64,000 bases of DNA from an uncultured delta proteobacterium (GCA_963803435.1 CAWDML010000001.1:3008001-3072000); one strand, 5' to 3'; positions 44,392 through 54,334 are shown, counted from the first letter of the stretch. A program made the numbers and translations. Notes: generated by a model not told the origin, from the letters alone.

Positions 44392-46962
44392 GTGCACCTC
44401 GGGACCTCGTTCGTCGGGCGCGAGCGGGATCTGTCCGCGCTGGCGCAGCTCTTCGACGCGGGGGTACGGCTCGTGACCCTGCTGGGTCCCGCGGGCGTCG
44501 GGAAGACGCGGCTCGCCTCTGCGTATGCCTCGACGCGATCGGGCGCCTTCTGCGATCTCACCGACGCCGTGACGGCGTTCGACGTGGTGGCGAACCTCGG
44601 GCAGACGCTCGACGTCTCGCTCTCCGCGAGCTCGACGGTCGAGGAGGCGCTCGCCTCGCTGCTCTCACGCCTTCGCGCGGACGGGCGCGAGCGGCTGCTG
44701 GTGCTCGACAACTTCGAGCAGGTCGGCGTCGAGGGCGTTCCGATCGTCTCGCGGCTCTTGGAGGCGGCCCCGAGCGTGCGCCTGCTCCTCACCTCGCGGG
44801 AGCGCTTGCGCCTGCCGGAGGAGTCGGTCGTCGATCTGGCCCCGCTCGCCGGCGAGCCCGCACGCACGCTCTTCCTCGACCGCGCCCGCGCCGTTCGCCA
44901 CGGCTACCAGCCCGGAAAGGAGGAGTCGGCCGCCATCGACGCGATCTGCCGCGAGCTCGACGGGCTCCCGCTCGCCATCGAGCTGGCGGCAGCCCGGATG
45001 CGCGTACTGAGCGCCGGCGAGCTCCGCGCCCGCCTCGACGAGCGCTTCACGGTGCTCTCGTCCTCCGAGCGCATGCACTCGCCGCGACACGCGACGCTCC
45101 GCACTGCGCTCGACTGGTCGTGGGCTTCACTCCAGGACGACGAGCGTCGCGCGCTGGCCCAGTGCTCGGTGTTCGAGGGCGGCTTCACGCTGGAGGCGGC
45201 GGAGGCGATCCTCGAGACGGAGGGCGCCGTGCTCGATCTGCTTCACGCCCTCCGCGACAAGTCCTTGCTCTGGACCCGGGAGACCGCCCTCGGCCTCCGT
45301 TTCGGCCTCTACCTGAGCATCCGCGACTACGCCGCGGAGAAGCGCGAGGCGGAGGACGCGGTGCTCGAGCGGCACACCGACTTCTATCTCTCGCACGGCT
45401 TCACCTGGGCAGCCCACTCGGAGGGCGCCGAAGGATCGTCGGCGCGCGGGCACCTCGACGCCGAGCAGCCGAACCTGATCGCGATCCATCGGCGCGCGCT
45501 CCGCGCCGGGCGAGCCGAGCCGGCGATCCGCGCCGCCATTTGCCTGCAGCCGGTGCTGATTGCCCGGGGGCCGGCCGCGCTCCGTCTCGAGCTCGTGGAC
45601 ACTGCGCTGGCGTTGGCTGGAGAGGATCCGTCGGTTCACCCACGCCTGATCGGGTGGGCCACGCTGGCTCGCGGAGACACGCTCTTCGGGATCGGACGGA
45701 TGATCGAGAGCCGCGCCATGATCGACCGCGCGATCGCCGCAGGCCTGGCCACCGGAGACGCCCGCCTGCACGGCCGCGCGCTGTGGATGCTCGGCGTCCT
45801 TCACGCGGCGCAGGATCGATTCGACGAAGCGCGCTCGACGCTCGAGGAGGCGCTGGCCGTCCACCGCCGCGTCCAGGACCGGATCCACGAGGGACGCTCG
45901 CTGGCCTCGCTCGGTGCGCTCGCGCTGGAGGAGGGAGACCTCGAGGCGGCCGGCGAACGATTCGAGCAGGCCCTCGGTCTCCTCGAGGAGACCAAGGACG
46001 AGCGTTGGATGGGTCGCACCATCGCGCTCCTCGGCGGCCTCGAGGACGCGCGCGGGAATGTCGAGGAGGCGCGTCAACTCTACCTGCAGGCGGTCTCGGT
46101 CCACGACCGCAGCGGAGATCGCCGCCACCTCGCGAACGTGCTGGCGGCCCTGGCTGCGCTCGATACGGAGCTCGGCAATCTCGATCGCGCCGAGGAGACG
46201 TTCGAGCGCGCGCTCGCGATCCGACACGAGGTCCCGGACCGGCGAACGGAGGGGATGGTCCGGCTCCTCGCGGGCGTGTGCCTCGAGCAGCGGCTGGATC
46301 TCGCCGGTGCGCTGAAGAGCTATCGGGAGGCGGTCCGCATCCACCGGGAGATCGAGAGCCCGCGCGCGCTCGCGATCGCGCTGGCTCACCGCGCGCGCGT
46401 CGAGAACCAGCTCGGCCATCGCGAACGTGCGCGGTCGCGGCTCGAGGAGGCGCGCGGCGCGACCCCCGATCGCCAGGTCGACGCGCTGATCGGGATCGTC
46501 GAAGGACACCTCTGCCTGTCGGAGGATCCGCGCGCGGCCGAGGCCAAGCTCGCGAGCGCCGTACCCATCGCCGAGACCTCCGCCCTGCTCCGTCGCGCCG
46601 CCCGAACGCTCCGCGCCGCGCTCTCGGACGGCCTCCCCGACGAGGCCCTCGTGGTCGGCATCGGCTGGTTCAAGCCGCCGCACGGACATCGGATCGATAT
46701 CTCGTCTCGGCGCGCACCCTCGGCGCTGCTCCGGGCGCTGGCCTCCGCCCGCAAGCAACGCTCGGGCGCGAGCCTGACCGTGGACGCGCTCTTCGACGCC
46801 GGCTGGCCCAACGAGCGCGCACTCCCTGCGGCCGCCGCGAGCCGCGTCTACGTCGCGATCTCGACGCTGCGGAAGATGGGCCTCAAGGACCTCCTGATCC
46901 GCGACGACGCCGGCTATCGCCTCGATCCCCTCCGTGCCGCTCCTCGACGGCTGACGGCGTAA
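44392..46962 (+). CDS. STAND-type ATPase plus TPR repeats plus C-terminal winged-HTH (putative regulator)
   Basis: FVGRE, GPAGVGKT, LLVLDNFE, TSRE, LDGLPLAIELAA, TPRs, and C-terminal LFDAGWP...RVYVAISTLRK...GYRL. Confidence 0.85.
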   Translation: MHLGTSFVGRERDLSALAQLFDAGVRLVTLLGPAGVGKTRLASAYASTRSGAFCDLTDAVTAFDVVANLGQTLDVSLSASSTVEEALASLLSRLRADGRERLLVLDNFEQVGVEGVPIVSRLLEAAPSVRLLLTSRERLRLPEESVVDLAPLAGEPARTLFLDRARAVRHGYQPGKEESAAIDAICRELDGLPLAIELAAARMRVLSAGELRARLDERFTVLSSSERMHSPRHATLRTALDWSWASLQDDERRALAQCSVFEGGFTLEAAEAILETEGAVLDLLHALRDKSLLWTRETALGLRFGLYLSIRDYAAEKREAEDAVLERHTDFYLSHGFTWAAHSEGAEGSSARGHLDAEQPNLIAIHRRALRAGRAEPAIRAAICLQPVLIARGPAALRLELVDTALALAGEDPSVHPRLIGWATLARGDTLFGIGRMIESRAMIDRAIAAGLATGDARLHGRALWMLGVLHAAQDRFDEARSTLEEALAVHRRVQDRIHEGRSLASLGALALEEGDLEAAGERFEQALGLLEETKDERWMGRTIALLGGLEDARGNVEEARQLYLQAVSVHDRSGDRRHLANVLAALAALDTELGNLDRAEETFERALAIRHEVPDRRTEGMVRLLAGVCLEQRLDLAGALKSYREAVRIHREIESPRALAIALAHRARVENQLGHRERARSRLEEARGATPDRQVDALIGIVEGHLCLSEDPRAAEAKLASAVPIAETSALLRRAARTLRAALSDGLPDEALVVGIGWFKPPHGHRIDISSRRAPSALLRALASARKQRSGASLTVDALFDAGWPNERALPAAAASRVYVAISTLRKMGLKDLLIRDDAGYRLDPLRAAPRRLTA

Positions 46963-46990
46963 AGGAACGGCGGTTGCATGGTCACGCGGC

Positions 46991-47188
46991 ATGGACCCGT
47001 ATACTGCCGGACCGACGGAGAAGCCGCCCGAGCGGGAGGACGAGCTGAGCGTCCTCCCCGAGGACCTCGCGCGCAATCTGCTCGAGCGCGCCCTCGGGGG
47101 CGGTGAGCCTCCGCCCCAGCCCGAAGAGAGCGAAGCGCCCGAAGAGAGCGAAGAGATGCTCCTGCCGACCCTCTCTCAAGGCTCCTGA
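46991..47188 (+). CDS. Small acidic hypothetical protein
   Basis: 65-aa ORF with E/P-rich composition; no motif. Confidence 0.4.
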   Translation: MDPYTAGPTEKPPEREDELSVLPEDLARNLLERALGGGEPPPQPEESEAPEESEEMLLPTLSQGS

Positions 47189-47232
47189 CCGACGGACGGT
47201 TTCGATTGGATCTCGGCCTCGAATCCTACGGC

Positions 47233-47478
47233 GGTCACCGTCACCGTCACCGTCACGGCCACGCACCTCGGTCACGAAACACGGATAACGGTCCACGAAA
47301 CATGTCTTGGGCGGAGGCGTCGGTCTGGTTCACCGCGACTGGATCGGATGCGCTTGGTTCAGCATCGCCGTGATTCGATCCGCCAACGCCTGCGCCGGTG
47401 TGAGACAAATCCCGTGTTCCGTGTTCCGTATTCCGTGTTTCGTGACCGAGGTGCGTGGCCGTGACGGTGACGGTGACC
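47233..47478. repeat. Inverted-repeat cassette (46-bp perfect arms) with hexamer/heptamer tandem repeats
   Basis: 47240-47285 is the exact reverse complement of 47432-47477; GTCACC hexamers and CCGTGTT-type heptamers. Confidence 0.9.
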
Positions 47479-47614
47479 TCCGGAGGAGCGGCGCGCGTCG
47501 ACGCCCCTCGTTGTCCTCATTGCGCGCCCGAAGGCTGCGGACCCTCCGAGTGATCGGAGTCGAGTTTTAGCTTCGTTTAGCTCGCCCGGGCGCGCGCTGC
47601 GCTAGCCTGGGCCC

Positions 47615-49552
47615 ATGGAATACTTCGTCACCGGGGGGACCGGGCTGATCGGTCGAGCGCTGGTTCCTCACCTGCTCGCGCGCGGCACCGTCACGCTGCT
47701 CGTGCGCGATGCAGCCCGCGCACGATGGGCCGACGAGCTGGAGCGCTGGCGGCGTCTCGGCGAGCTTCGCCTGATCTCCGGGGACATCACCGAGCCCGGC
47801 CTGGGCGCGCGCGACACCGACCTCGCGTGCGATCACGTGTTCCACCTGGCGGGCCTCTACGATCTCGGCGCGGGGGCCCAGCAGCTGGAGCGGGTCAACG
47901 TCGGCGGAACCCGGAACCTCATCGCCGCGCTGCGGAGGAGTGGCTTCTCGGGCACGCTGCACCACGTCAGCTCGGTGGCGGTGGCCGGCGACTTCTGCGG
48001 CACCTTTGGGGAGGACCTTCTCGACGTCGGGCAGACCCATGCGCACCCGTATCACCGCTCCAAGTTCGAGGCCGAGCGGATGGTGCGCGACCTCTCCGAT
48101 CTCCGCTATCGCATCTATCGGCCCAGCGCAGTGGTGGGTCACTCGAGGACGGGAGCGATGGATCGGATCGACGGGCCGTACTACCTCTTCGAGGCGATCT
48201 ATCAGCTCCGCGAGCGCTTCCCCCGCTGGATGCCGCTGATGAGCTTCCAGGGCACCGAGGTCAACATGGTCCCGGTCGACTGGGTGGCCGCCGCGCTCGA
48301 TCACCTGGCGCACGCGCCCGGGCAGGATCTGAGGACGTTCCATCTCGCGGACAGGAGCCCGCCCTCCTTCACCGACACCTTCAACCTGATCGCGGACGCC
48401 GCCGGCGCCCCCCGCCTCCCCCAGAAGAAGGGCTTCCTCGGCCGGCTGCTCCCGGGCGCCGGCGAGATGACCGCAAAGCTCGGCTCGGTGCAGTTCCTAC
48501 GCAGCCGCACGATGCAGGACCTCGGCATCCCGCGGAGCGTCCAGACGGCGATCAACCGCGAGGTCCACTTCGACACCCGGAACGCCGACGCCGTGCTGGA
48601 ACCTAAGCTGCGCGCCCCCGCCCAGGAGACGTACGTCGAGAACCTGTGGGACTTCTACCGGCGCCACCTCGCCAGCGCGCGCCACAAGGAGGTCCGGAAC
48701 CGTCGCTTCTTCCAGGGCATGACGGCGCTGGTCACCGGCGCCTCCAGCGGGATCGGCGAGTCGCTGGCGCGCAAGATGGCCGCCGGCGGCGCGCGCGTGA
48801 TCCTGGTGGCGCGCCGCGAAGCCGAGCTCGCCGAGGTGGCGGAGAGCATCCGCGCCGCCGGTGGGGAAGCGGAGTGGATGCGGGCCGATCTCGCGGATCT
48901 CGAGGAGTGCGATCGCGTGGTGCAGGCCGCGCTGGCGCTGCACGGACACGTGGACATCCTGATCAACAACGCCGGCCATTCGATCCGGCGCCCGTTGATC
49001 GAGTCGCTGGATCGCTTCCACGATCTCCAGCGCGTCATGCAGATCAACTTCTTCGCTCCGGCCCGCCTGATCCGCGGCGTGCTGCCGGTGATGAAAGAGC
49101 GGCGCTGTGGCTATATCGTCAACGTGCTGAGCGCAGGCGCACACATGCCCTCGCCCCGGTTCGGCGCCTATACCGCGAGCAAGGCGGCGCTCTCCCAGCT
49201 CGGCGACACGCTCGCAGCCGAGCATGCGGCGGACGACATCCAGGTCACGCAAGCCTACCTGCACTGGGTGCGCACTCCGATGATGGAGGCGACCGGCGCC
49301 TTCGACGGCAACGACGCGATGAGCGCCGAGGAGGCGGCCGAGTGGATCGTCGACGGCCTCGTCGAGGGCAAGCAGAAGCTCTATCGCGCCACCGACGCGC
49401 GCCGCTACGTCCTCAACACGATCGCGCCGCGCGCGATCTCGCGCATGATCAACGTCGTCTACCGCATCTATTCGGATGATCCGTCGGCGCACCCGGAGCT
49501 CGAGCTCGACCGCTCGTTCGCCCAGAAGATCTTCCGCGGCCGCCCGATGTGA
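47615..49552 (+). CDS. Two-domain SDR, fatty acyl-CoA/thioester reductase-like (AcrA1-type)
   Basis: N-terminal extended SDR (TGGTGLIG, HLAGLYD, YHRSK, RIDGPYY); C-terminal classical SDR (TGASSGIG, NNAGHSIRR, RFHD, YTASK, VRTPM). Confidence 0.85.
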   Translation: MEYFVTGGTGLIGRALVPHLLARGTVTLLVRDAARARWADELERWRRLGELRLISGDITEPGLGARDTDLACDHVFHLAGLYDLGAGAQQLERVNVGGTRNLIAALRRSGFSGTLHHVSSVAVAGDFCGTFGEDLLDVGQTHAHPYHRSKFEAERMVRDLSDLRYRIYRPSAVVGHSRTGAMDRIDGPYYLFEAIYQLRERFPRWMPLMSFQGTEVNMVPVDWVAAALDHLAHAPGQDLRTFHLADRSPPSFTDTFNLIADAAGAPRLPQKKGFLGRLLPGAGEMTAKLGSVQFLRSRTMQDLGIPRSVQTAINREVHFDTRNADAVLEPKLRAPAQETYVENLWDFYRRHLASARHKEVRNRRFFQGMTALVTGASSGIGESLARKMAAGGARVILVARREAELAEVAESIRAAGGEAEWMRADLADLEECDRVVQAALALHGHVDILINNAGHSIRRPLIESLDRFHDLQRVMQINFFAPARLIRGVLPVMKERRCGYIVNVLSAGAHMPSPRFGAYTASKAALSQLGDTLAAEHAADDIQVTQAYLHWVRTPMMEATGAFDGNDAMSAEEAAEWIVDGLVEGKQKLYRATDARRYVLNTIAPRAISRMINVVYRIYSDDPSAHPELELDRSFAQKIFRGRPM

Positions 49553-49556
49553 CGCG

Positions 49557-50168
49557 CTACCAGAAGTAGGCGCGCAGCCCGCCGCTGAGGGCCAGACCGG
49601 TGGCGATCGGTCGATCCACCGTGGTGTCGGTCTGCTCGATCGGCCCGGTGCGGTTGGCGACGTCCGCCTTGGCGGCGTGGGCGACGCCGCCGATCTCGAG
49701 GAAGAAGGAGAACGGGAAGGTGCGGTTCGCGTCGCCGGCGAACAGCTCCGCGCCGACCGCCCCGTACACCCCGAACGCGATCCGCTTCGTGCTCAGGCGC
49801 TCCGACAGCAGGAGCCCGCTCGGCCCCACCGAGGCGTAGACCCGGCCGGCGATCGGCGCGATCCGGGCGGAGACGTCGAGGGTGATGCGGGCGTGGCCAT
49901 ACAACGACCAGGCACCGAAGTGTTGATCCTCGGCGTCCATCGGGAGTGCGCGCAGATCCGGATACCAGCCGACGCCGCCCGCCACGGTGATCGCGAGGTG
50001 ATCGTCGAGGAACCGCGGCGTGGCCAGCGCCACCGCCAGGCCGAACTCGTCCTGGAGACGCTGGACCGAGAGCCCGACCGCCATCCCCGCCTTGGGATCG
50101 AGCGCCTGATCGATCACCGGATCGTAGGCGGCGATCAGGAGCGCGGCGAGGGCTACTGGACCGACCAC
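49557..50168 (-). CDS. Hypothetical outer-membrane beta-barrel-like protein
   Basis: Alternating amphipathic strands and aromatic C-terminus GGLRAYFW; start overlaps the nuoL stop region. Confidence 0.55.
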   Translation of the reverse strand: MVGPVALAALLIAAYDPVIDQALDPKAGMAVGLSVQRLQDEFGLAVALATPRFLDDHLAITVAGGVGWYPDLRALPMDAEDQHFGAWSLYGHARITLDVSARIAPIAGRVYASVGPSGLLLSERLSTKRIAFGVYGAVGAELFAGDANRTFPFSFFLEIGGVAHAAKADVANRTGPIEQTDTTVDRPIATGLALSGGLRAYFW

Positions 50169-52123
50169 AGGATGACGGCGGCGATGGCGATGACCAGCAC
50201 CAGCGCGTACGATTGCACGTTGCCGGTCTGGAGCTTGGAGAGCAGCTTGCCCGAGCCGAGCACGGCATAACCGCTGCCCTTCACGGCCAGGCCGTCGATG
50301 ATCCACGGGTCGACGACGTGGGCGAACGCCGATGCGATGAACCGGAGCGGCTTGATCACGAGATAGTCGTAGACCTCGTCGATGAACCACTTGCCGTAGA
50401 GGGCGCCCTGGATCATCCGGCCGACCCCCGCCCGGGTGAACCGTTCGATCGCCCCGGAGGGCCCCTTTCCGTAGATCAGGTAGCCGAGGAGCAGGCCCGC
50501 GAGCGCCCAGACCACCGACCCCGCCATCAAGCCCCACTCGAGCCCCGACGGCAGCTCCAGCACCGCCATCTCCACGGCCGGCGACAGGAAGTGATCCAGC
50601 CAGGTGGCGGGCGCGTGGACCAGGTGCGCAATCGGGTGCGGCAGGTTCCAGACACCGGCGACGGTGGCGAGCGCGGCCAGCACCACCAGCGGCGCGGTCA
50701 TCGTGGGTCCGGGCGCATGCAGGTGCACCGGGTGGCCCTGCGGGTCCTTCCCGCGGCGCTCACCGAAGAACGTGAGACACACGAGCCGGCTCATGTAGAG
50801 CGCCGTCAGGCCAGCGGCGACGAACCCGATCACCCACAGCGCCAGCTTGTCCTGATACGCGTACCCGAGGATGGCGTCTTTCGAGAAGAAGCCCGAGAAC
50901 GGCGCGATCCCGCAGAGCGCGAGCGTGCTGACCAGGAACGTCCAGTAGACCGCCGGGAGCTCCTTCCGCAGGCCGCCCATCTTTCGCATGTCCTGCTCGC
51001 CGTGGAGCGCGTGGATGATGGCGCCCGAGCCCAGGAAGAGGCAGGCCTTGAAGAACGCGTGCGCGATCAGGTGGAACATCGCCGCCCCGTACGCGCCCAG
51101 GCCCGCGGCGAGGAACATGTAGCCGAGCTGAGAGACGGTGGAGTACGCGAGCACGCGTTTGATGTCGTTCTGCGCCAGCCCGATGGTGGCGGCGAACAGC
51201 GCGGTGGCCGCCCCCACGATCGCGACGACGTTCTGCGCGAAGGGCGCCAGGTCGTAGAGAAAGCCGAGGCGGCAGATCATGTACACACCACCGGTCACCA
51301 TGGTGGCGGCGTGGATGAGCGCGGAGACGGGGGTGGGGCCGGCCATGGCGTCGGGCAGCCAGACGTAGAGCGGGATCTGGGCACTCTTGCCGCAGGCGCC
51401 GAGGAAAAGGGCCAGGCACGCGAAGGTGATGACGGTGCCCGCGGTGTAGCCGGCGAAGATACCGGTCTGGAGAACCTCGCCGGGATCGTGGATGGCGAGG
51501 GCGGCGTCCTTGAGATCGAGGAAGTCGGCAGTCCCGAAGAGGCCGACCAGCGTGAAGATGCCGATGAGGAACCCGAAGTCGCCGATCCGGTTGGTGATGA
51601 ACGCCTTCTTGCCGGCCTTGGCCTTGTCGAGATCCGCGTACCAGAAGCCGATCAACAGGTACGAGGCCAGGCCGACGCCCTCCCATCCGATGAACATGAC
51701 CGGCAGCGAGCGTCCAAGCACCAGCAGGCTCATCGCGAAGATGAAGAGGTTGAGGTACGCGAAGTAGCGCCAGTACCCCGGGTCGTCCTTCATGTACTCG
51801 ACCGAGTAGACATGGATGATGAAACCGACCCCGGTCACCACCAGCATCAGCGCGATGGCAAGCTGGTCCAGACCGATGGCGAGGTCGAAGCGAAAGCGGC
51901 CCACGGCGATCCACTTCCAGGCCACGGCCTCCAGGGGAAGGCCGCCGTTCAGGCAGACCCAGGTCCCGATGCAGGTCACCACGAACGCGCCCAGGACGGT
52001 GCCCAGCGCGATCAGCGTGATCAGTCCCCGCTCCATCCGTGCGCCGAAGAGGCCGAGGATTGCGGCGCCGGTGAGCGGAAGCAGCGGGATGAGGAACAGG
52101 AAGGGGAAGGACACCGTCTCCAT
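50153..52123 (-). CDS. nuoL: NADH-quinone oxidoreductase subunit L
   Basis: IHVYSVEYM, FAYLNLF, GWEGVGLASYLLIGFW, KAFITNRIGD, GKSAQIPLYVWLPDAMAGPTPVSALIHAATMV, AYSTVSQLGYM, HAFFKACLFL, QTGNVQSY. Confidence 0.95.
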   Translation of the reverse strand: METVSFPFLFLIPLLPLTGAAILGLFGARMERGLITLIALGTVLGAFVVTCIGTWVCLNGGLPLEAVAWKWIAVGRFRFDLAIGLDQLAIALMLVVTGVGFIIHVYSVEYMKDDPGYWRYFAYLNLFIFAMSLLVLGRSLPVMFIGWEGVGLASYLLIGFWYADLDKAKAGKKAFITNRIGDFGFLIGIFTLVGLFGTADFLDLKDAALAIHDPGEVLQTGIFAGYTAGTVITFACLALFLGACGKSAQIPLYVWLPDAMAGPTPVSALIHAATMVTGGVYMICRLGFLYDLAPFAQNVVAIVGAATALFAATIGLAQNDIKRVLAYSTVSQLGYMFLAAGLGAYGAAMFHLIAHAFFKACLFLGSGAIIHALHGEQDMRKMGGLRKELPAVYWTFLVSTLALCGIAPFSGFFSKDAILGYAYQDKLALWVIGFVAAGLTALYMSRLVCLTFFGERRGKDPQGHPVHLHAPGPTMTAPLVVLAALATVAGVWNLPHPIAHLVHAPATWLDHFLSPAVEMAVLELPSGLEWGLMAGSVVWALAGLLLGYLIYGKGPSGAIERFTRAGVGRMIQGALYGKWFIDEVYDYLVIKPLRFIASAFAHVVDPWIIDGLAVKGSGYAVLGSGKLLSKLQTGNVQSYALVLVIAIAAVILWSVQ

Positions 52124-52134
52124 CGCGCGCGCGG

Positions 52135-52163
52135 AGCCTAGGTCTGGCCCCGAGGTCGGTCAA
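52135..52163 (-). promoter_or_regulatory. Sigma70-like promoter for nuoL
   Basis: TTGACC-17 bp-TAGGCT, ending 11 nt upstream of the ATG. Confidence 0.55.
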
Positions 52164-52309
52164 GCGGTTCGCTGGCCATCCCCGCGGATTCCGCCGAGGA
52201 TCGCGGTGTCCCGGCGCTCCGGAGCGCGCGTCGCGAGCGCGACGGTACCCGCGACCCGGAGTCCGCACCGTCAATCGGCCGATGCCGATACTAGAGTGGG
52301 ACGCTCAGA

Positions 52310-54322
52310 GTGGTCGGAATGAGGGACGTGGGCTCGAAAAGCCTAGGGGTGGCGGCGCTTTGGAGCATCATGTCGATCTGGGGATGCACGGGATCGCCCA
52401 CGTCCGGCGGTTCGTGTGTCACGAACCAGAATTGTCCCGCCGGCGAGCAGTGTGTCGGCGGTACCTGTGTCGCGGCCCAGGTCGCGGGCTGCAAGAACGA
52501 TAACGCCTGCAACATCGGAGAGTACTGCGATACCGCCGACGGCATCTGCAAGGCCATCGAGGTGGTGGGCTGCGCGACGGATGTGGAGTGCCCCGCGGAC
52601 CAGAAGTGCAACACGCTCACCGGCGTCTGCATCAAGGGTCGCCGCACCTGCTCGGATGAATCGACCTGCACGCCGATCGGCAAGCACTGCAACACGACGG
52701 TGAGCCAGTGCGTCGACTGTGTCGACGCCAGCCAGTGCCCGAGCCCGGACATTTGTCTCCAGGGGACGTGCGTCGATCCGTCGCAGAACCTGTGCACGGA
52801 CGACGACGGCTGCGATCCACCGTCGACGATCTGCACGAACGGCCAGTGCGCCGCCGGGTGCAACCCGGCCAGCTGCCCGCTCGGAAACTACTGCAACGCG
52901 CTCACCGGTCATTGTCAGGAAGGTATGGTCACCTGCGGCGGCGACAACGAGTGCAGCCCACCGGTCGCGATCTGCGAGTCGGGTCAATGCATCCCGGGCT
53001 GCGCGCAGGTCGGCGGCCTGCAGTGCACCGGCGGTTACGTCTGCAATCAGACCTCGGGCCGCTGCGTTCCGCCCTCCGGCTGCGTGAACGACACCGAGTG
53101 CGGTGCGCCCGCGGGCATCTGCGAGTCCAACCAATGCGTGCCCGGCTGCGGTCAGCCCGGCGGGATGAGCTGCGGAACCGGCTCGGTCTGCGACACGGGG
53201 ACCGGCCGCTGCGTCACCGTGCAGGGCCCCTGCTCCCTCGACAGCGAGTGCGGCCCGCCGGCGGGCGTGTGCGAGGTAGGCCAGTGCGTGCCGGGATGCA
53301 GCCAGGTCGGCGGAATCCAGTGCAACGGGAACACCATCTGCAACACCTCGACCGGCCGCTGCGATCCCGGCGGTGCGGTCTGCACCGGTGACAACGACTG
53401 CACGCCGCCCTCCACGATCTGCAACCTCACCACCGGCGCCTGCGACCCGGGCTGCCCCACCACCGGATGTGCCGCGCCCGACGTCTGCAACACGGCGACC
53501 GGCCACTGCTACGACCCCGGCATGATGACCGGAGGCCAGCCGCTCAACGCGAGCTGCTCCGCCAACGCCGACTGCCAGTCGGACCTCTGCTTCAACTTCG
53601 GCGGGAGCATCGGGCAGCGCTGCATCGCCTCGTGCGGCAACAGCGCCGATTGTCCCGCGTCGTTCACCTGCTACGACTATGACGGCGCGCGGATGTGCGT
53701 CTCGAGTCAGCTCTTCCAGAACGCCACCTTCGCCCAGAACCCCGGCCAGAGCTGCTCCGCCGGCGGCGACTGCAAGTCGAACTTCTGTCCCGGGCAGAAC
53801 GTCTGCGTCGAGACCTGCGCCGAGAACAACGACTGCGGCGGCGGCGCCTGCCAGTGGAACCAGTTCGCCACCGATCTCTATATCGGCTCGTGCAACGGCC
53901 CCGCCGGCAACGGCGCCAACGGCGCCAGCTGCAGCTCGAACAATCAGTGTCGCAGCGGCGTCTGCTACGGCAGCGGCATCTGCGGCGATCTCTGCGGCAG
54001 CACCGCCGACTGCCCCGCCAACGACGTCTGCGGCTTCGTGAACTTCAGCGTCTGCACCGCCGACCTCTTCGGCGCGTGCCTGGGATGGGAGCTCAACTTC
54101 GTGAAGGCCTGCGTCCAGAGCGCGCACGGGAACGGTGCCATCGGCACTTCCTGCACCGACGCCAGCGCCTGCCGCGACGGCCTCTGCCACATCGCGCTCT
54201 CTCGCTGCACCGGCGTCTGCTCGCGCAATGCCGACTGCCCCGCCACGGACGTGTGCGGCGTGGAGCAGTACGGCGACCTCGACGGTCAGACGATCTACGT
54301 CAACGTCTGCGTCCCGAAGTGA
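52310..54322 (+). CDS. Cysteine-rich repeat surface lipoprotein
   Basis: Lipobox-like IWGC; dense C..D.EC/C...C repeats, including repeated units CxxDxECxPPxxICExxQCxPGCxQxGGxxC...TGRC. Confidence 0.8.
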   Translation: MVGMRDVGSKSLGVAALWSIMSIWGCTGSPTSGGSCVTNQNCPAGEQCVGGTCVAAQVAGCKNDNACNIGEYCDTADGICKAIEVVGCATDVECPADQKCNTLTGVCIKGRRTCSDESTCTPIGKHCNTTVSQCVDCVDASQCPSPDICLQGTCVDPSQNLCTDDDGCDPPSTICTNGQCAAGCNPASCPLGNYCNALTGHCQEGMVTCGGDNECSPPVAICESGQCIPGCAQVGGLQCTGGYVCNQTSGRCVPPSGCVNDTECGAPAGICESNQCVPGCGQPGGMSCGTGSVCDTGTGRCVTVQGPCSLDSECGPPAGVCEVGQCVPGCSQVGGIQCNGNTICNTSTGRCDPGGAVCTGDNDCTPPSTICNLTTGACDPGCPTTGCAAPDVCNTATGHCYDPGMMTGGQPLNASCSANADCQSDLCFNFGGSIGQRCIASCGNSADCPASFTCYDYDGARMCVSSQLFQNATFAQNPGQSCSAGGDCKSNFCPGQNVCVETCAENNDCGGGACQWNQFATDLYIGSCNGPAGNGANGASCSSNNQCRSGVCYGSGICGDLCGSTADCPANDVCGFVNFSVCTADLFGACLGWELNFVKACVQSAHGNGAIGTSCTDASACRDGLCHIALSRCTGVCSRNADCPATDVCGVEQYGDLDGQTIYVNVCVPK

Positions 54323-54334
54323 CGCCGAGCGTCC

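Noticed and set aside
47233-47478. Possible CRISPR array
   Set aside because: The repeats are inverted arms and 6-7-nt tandem units, not direct repeats with unique spacers; no cas genes in the window.
52139-52151. 13-bp TAGGTCTGGCCCC shared with the region upstream of the tRNA (minus strand, ~56232-56244)
   Set aside because: The orientation is opposite relative to the two putative promoters and it is short enough to be chance; no integrase or att context.
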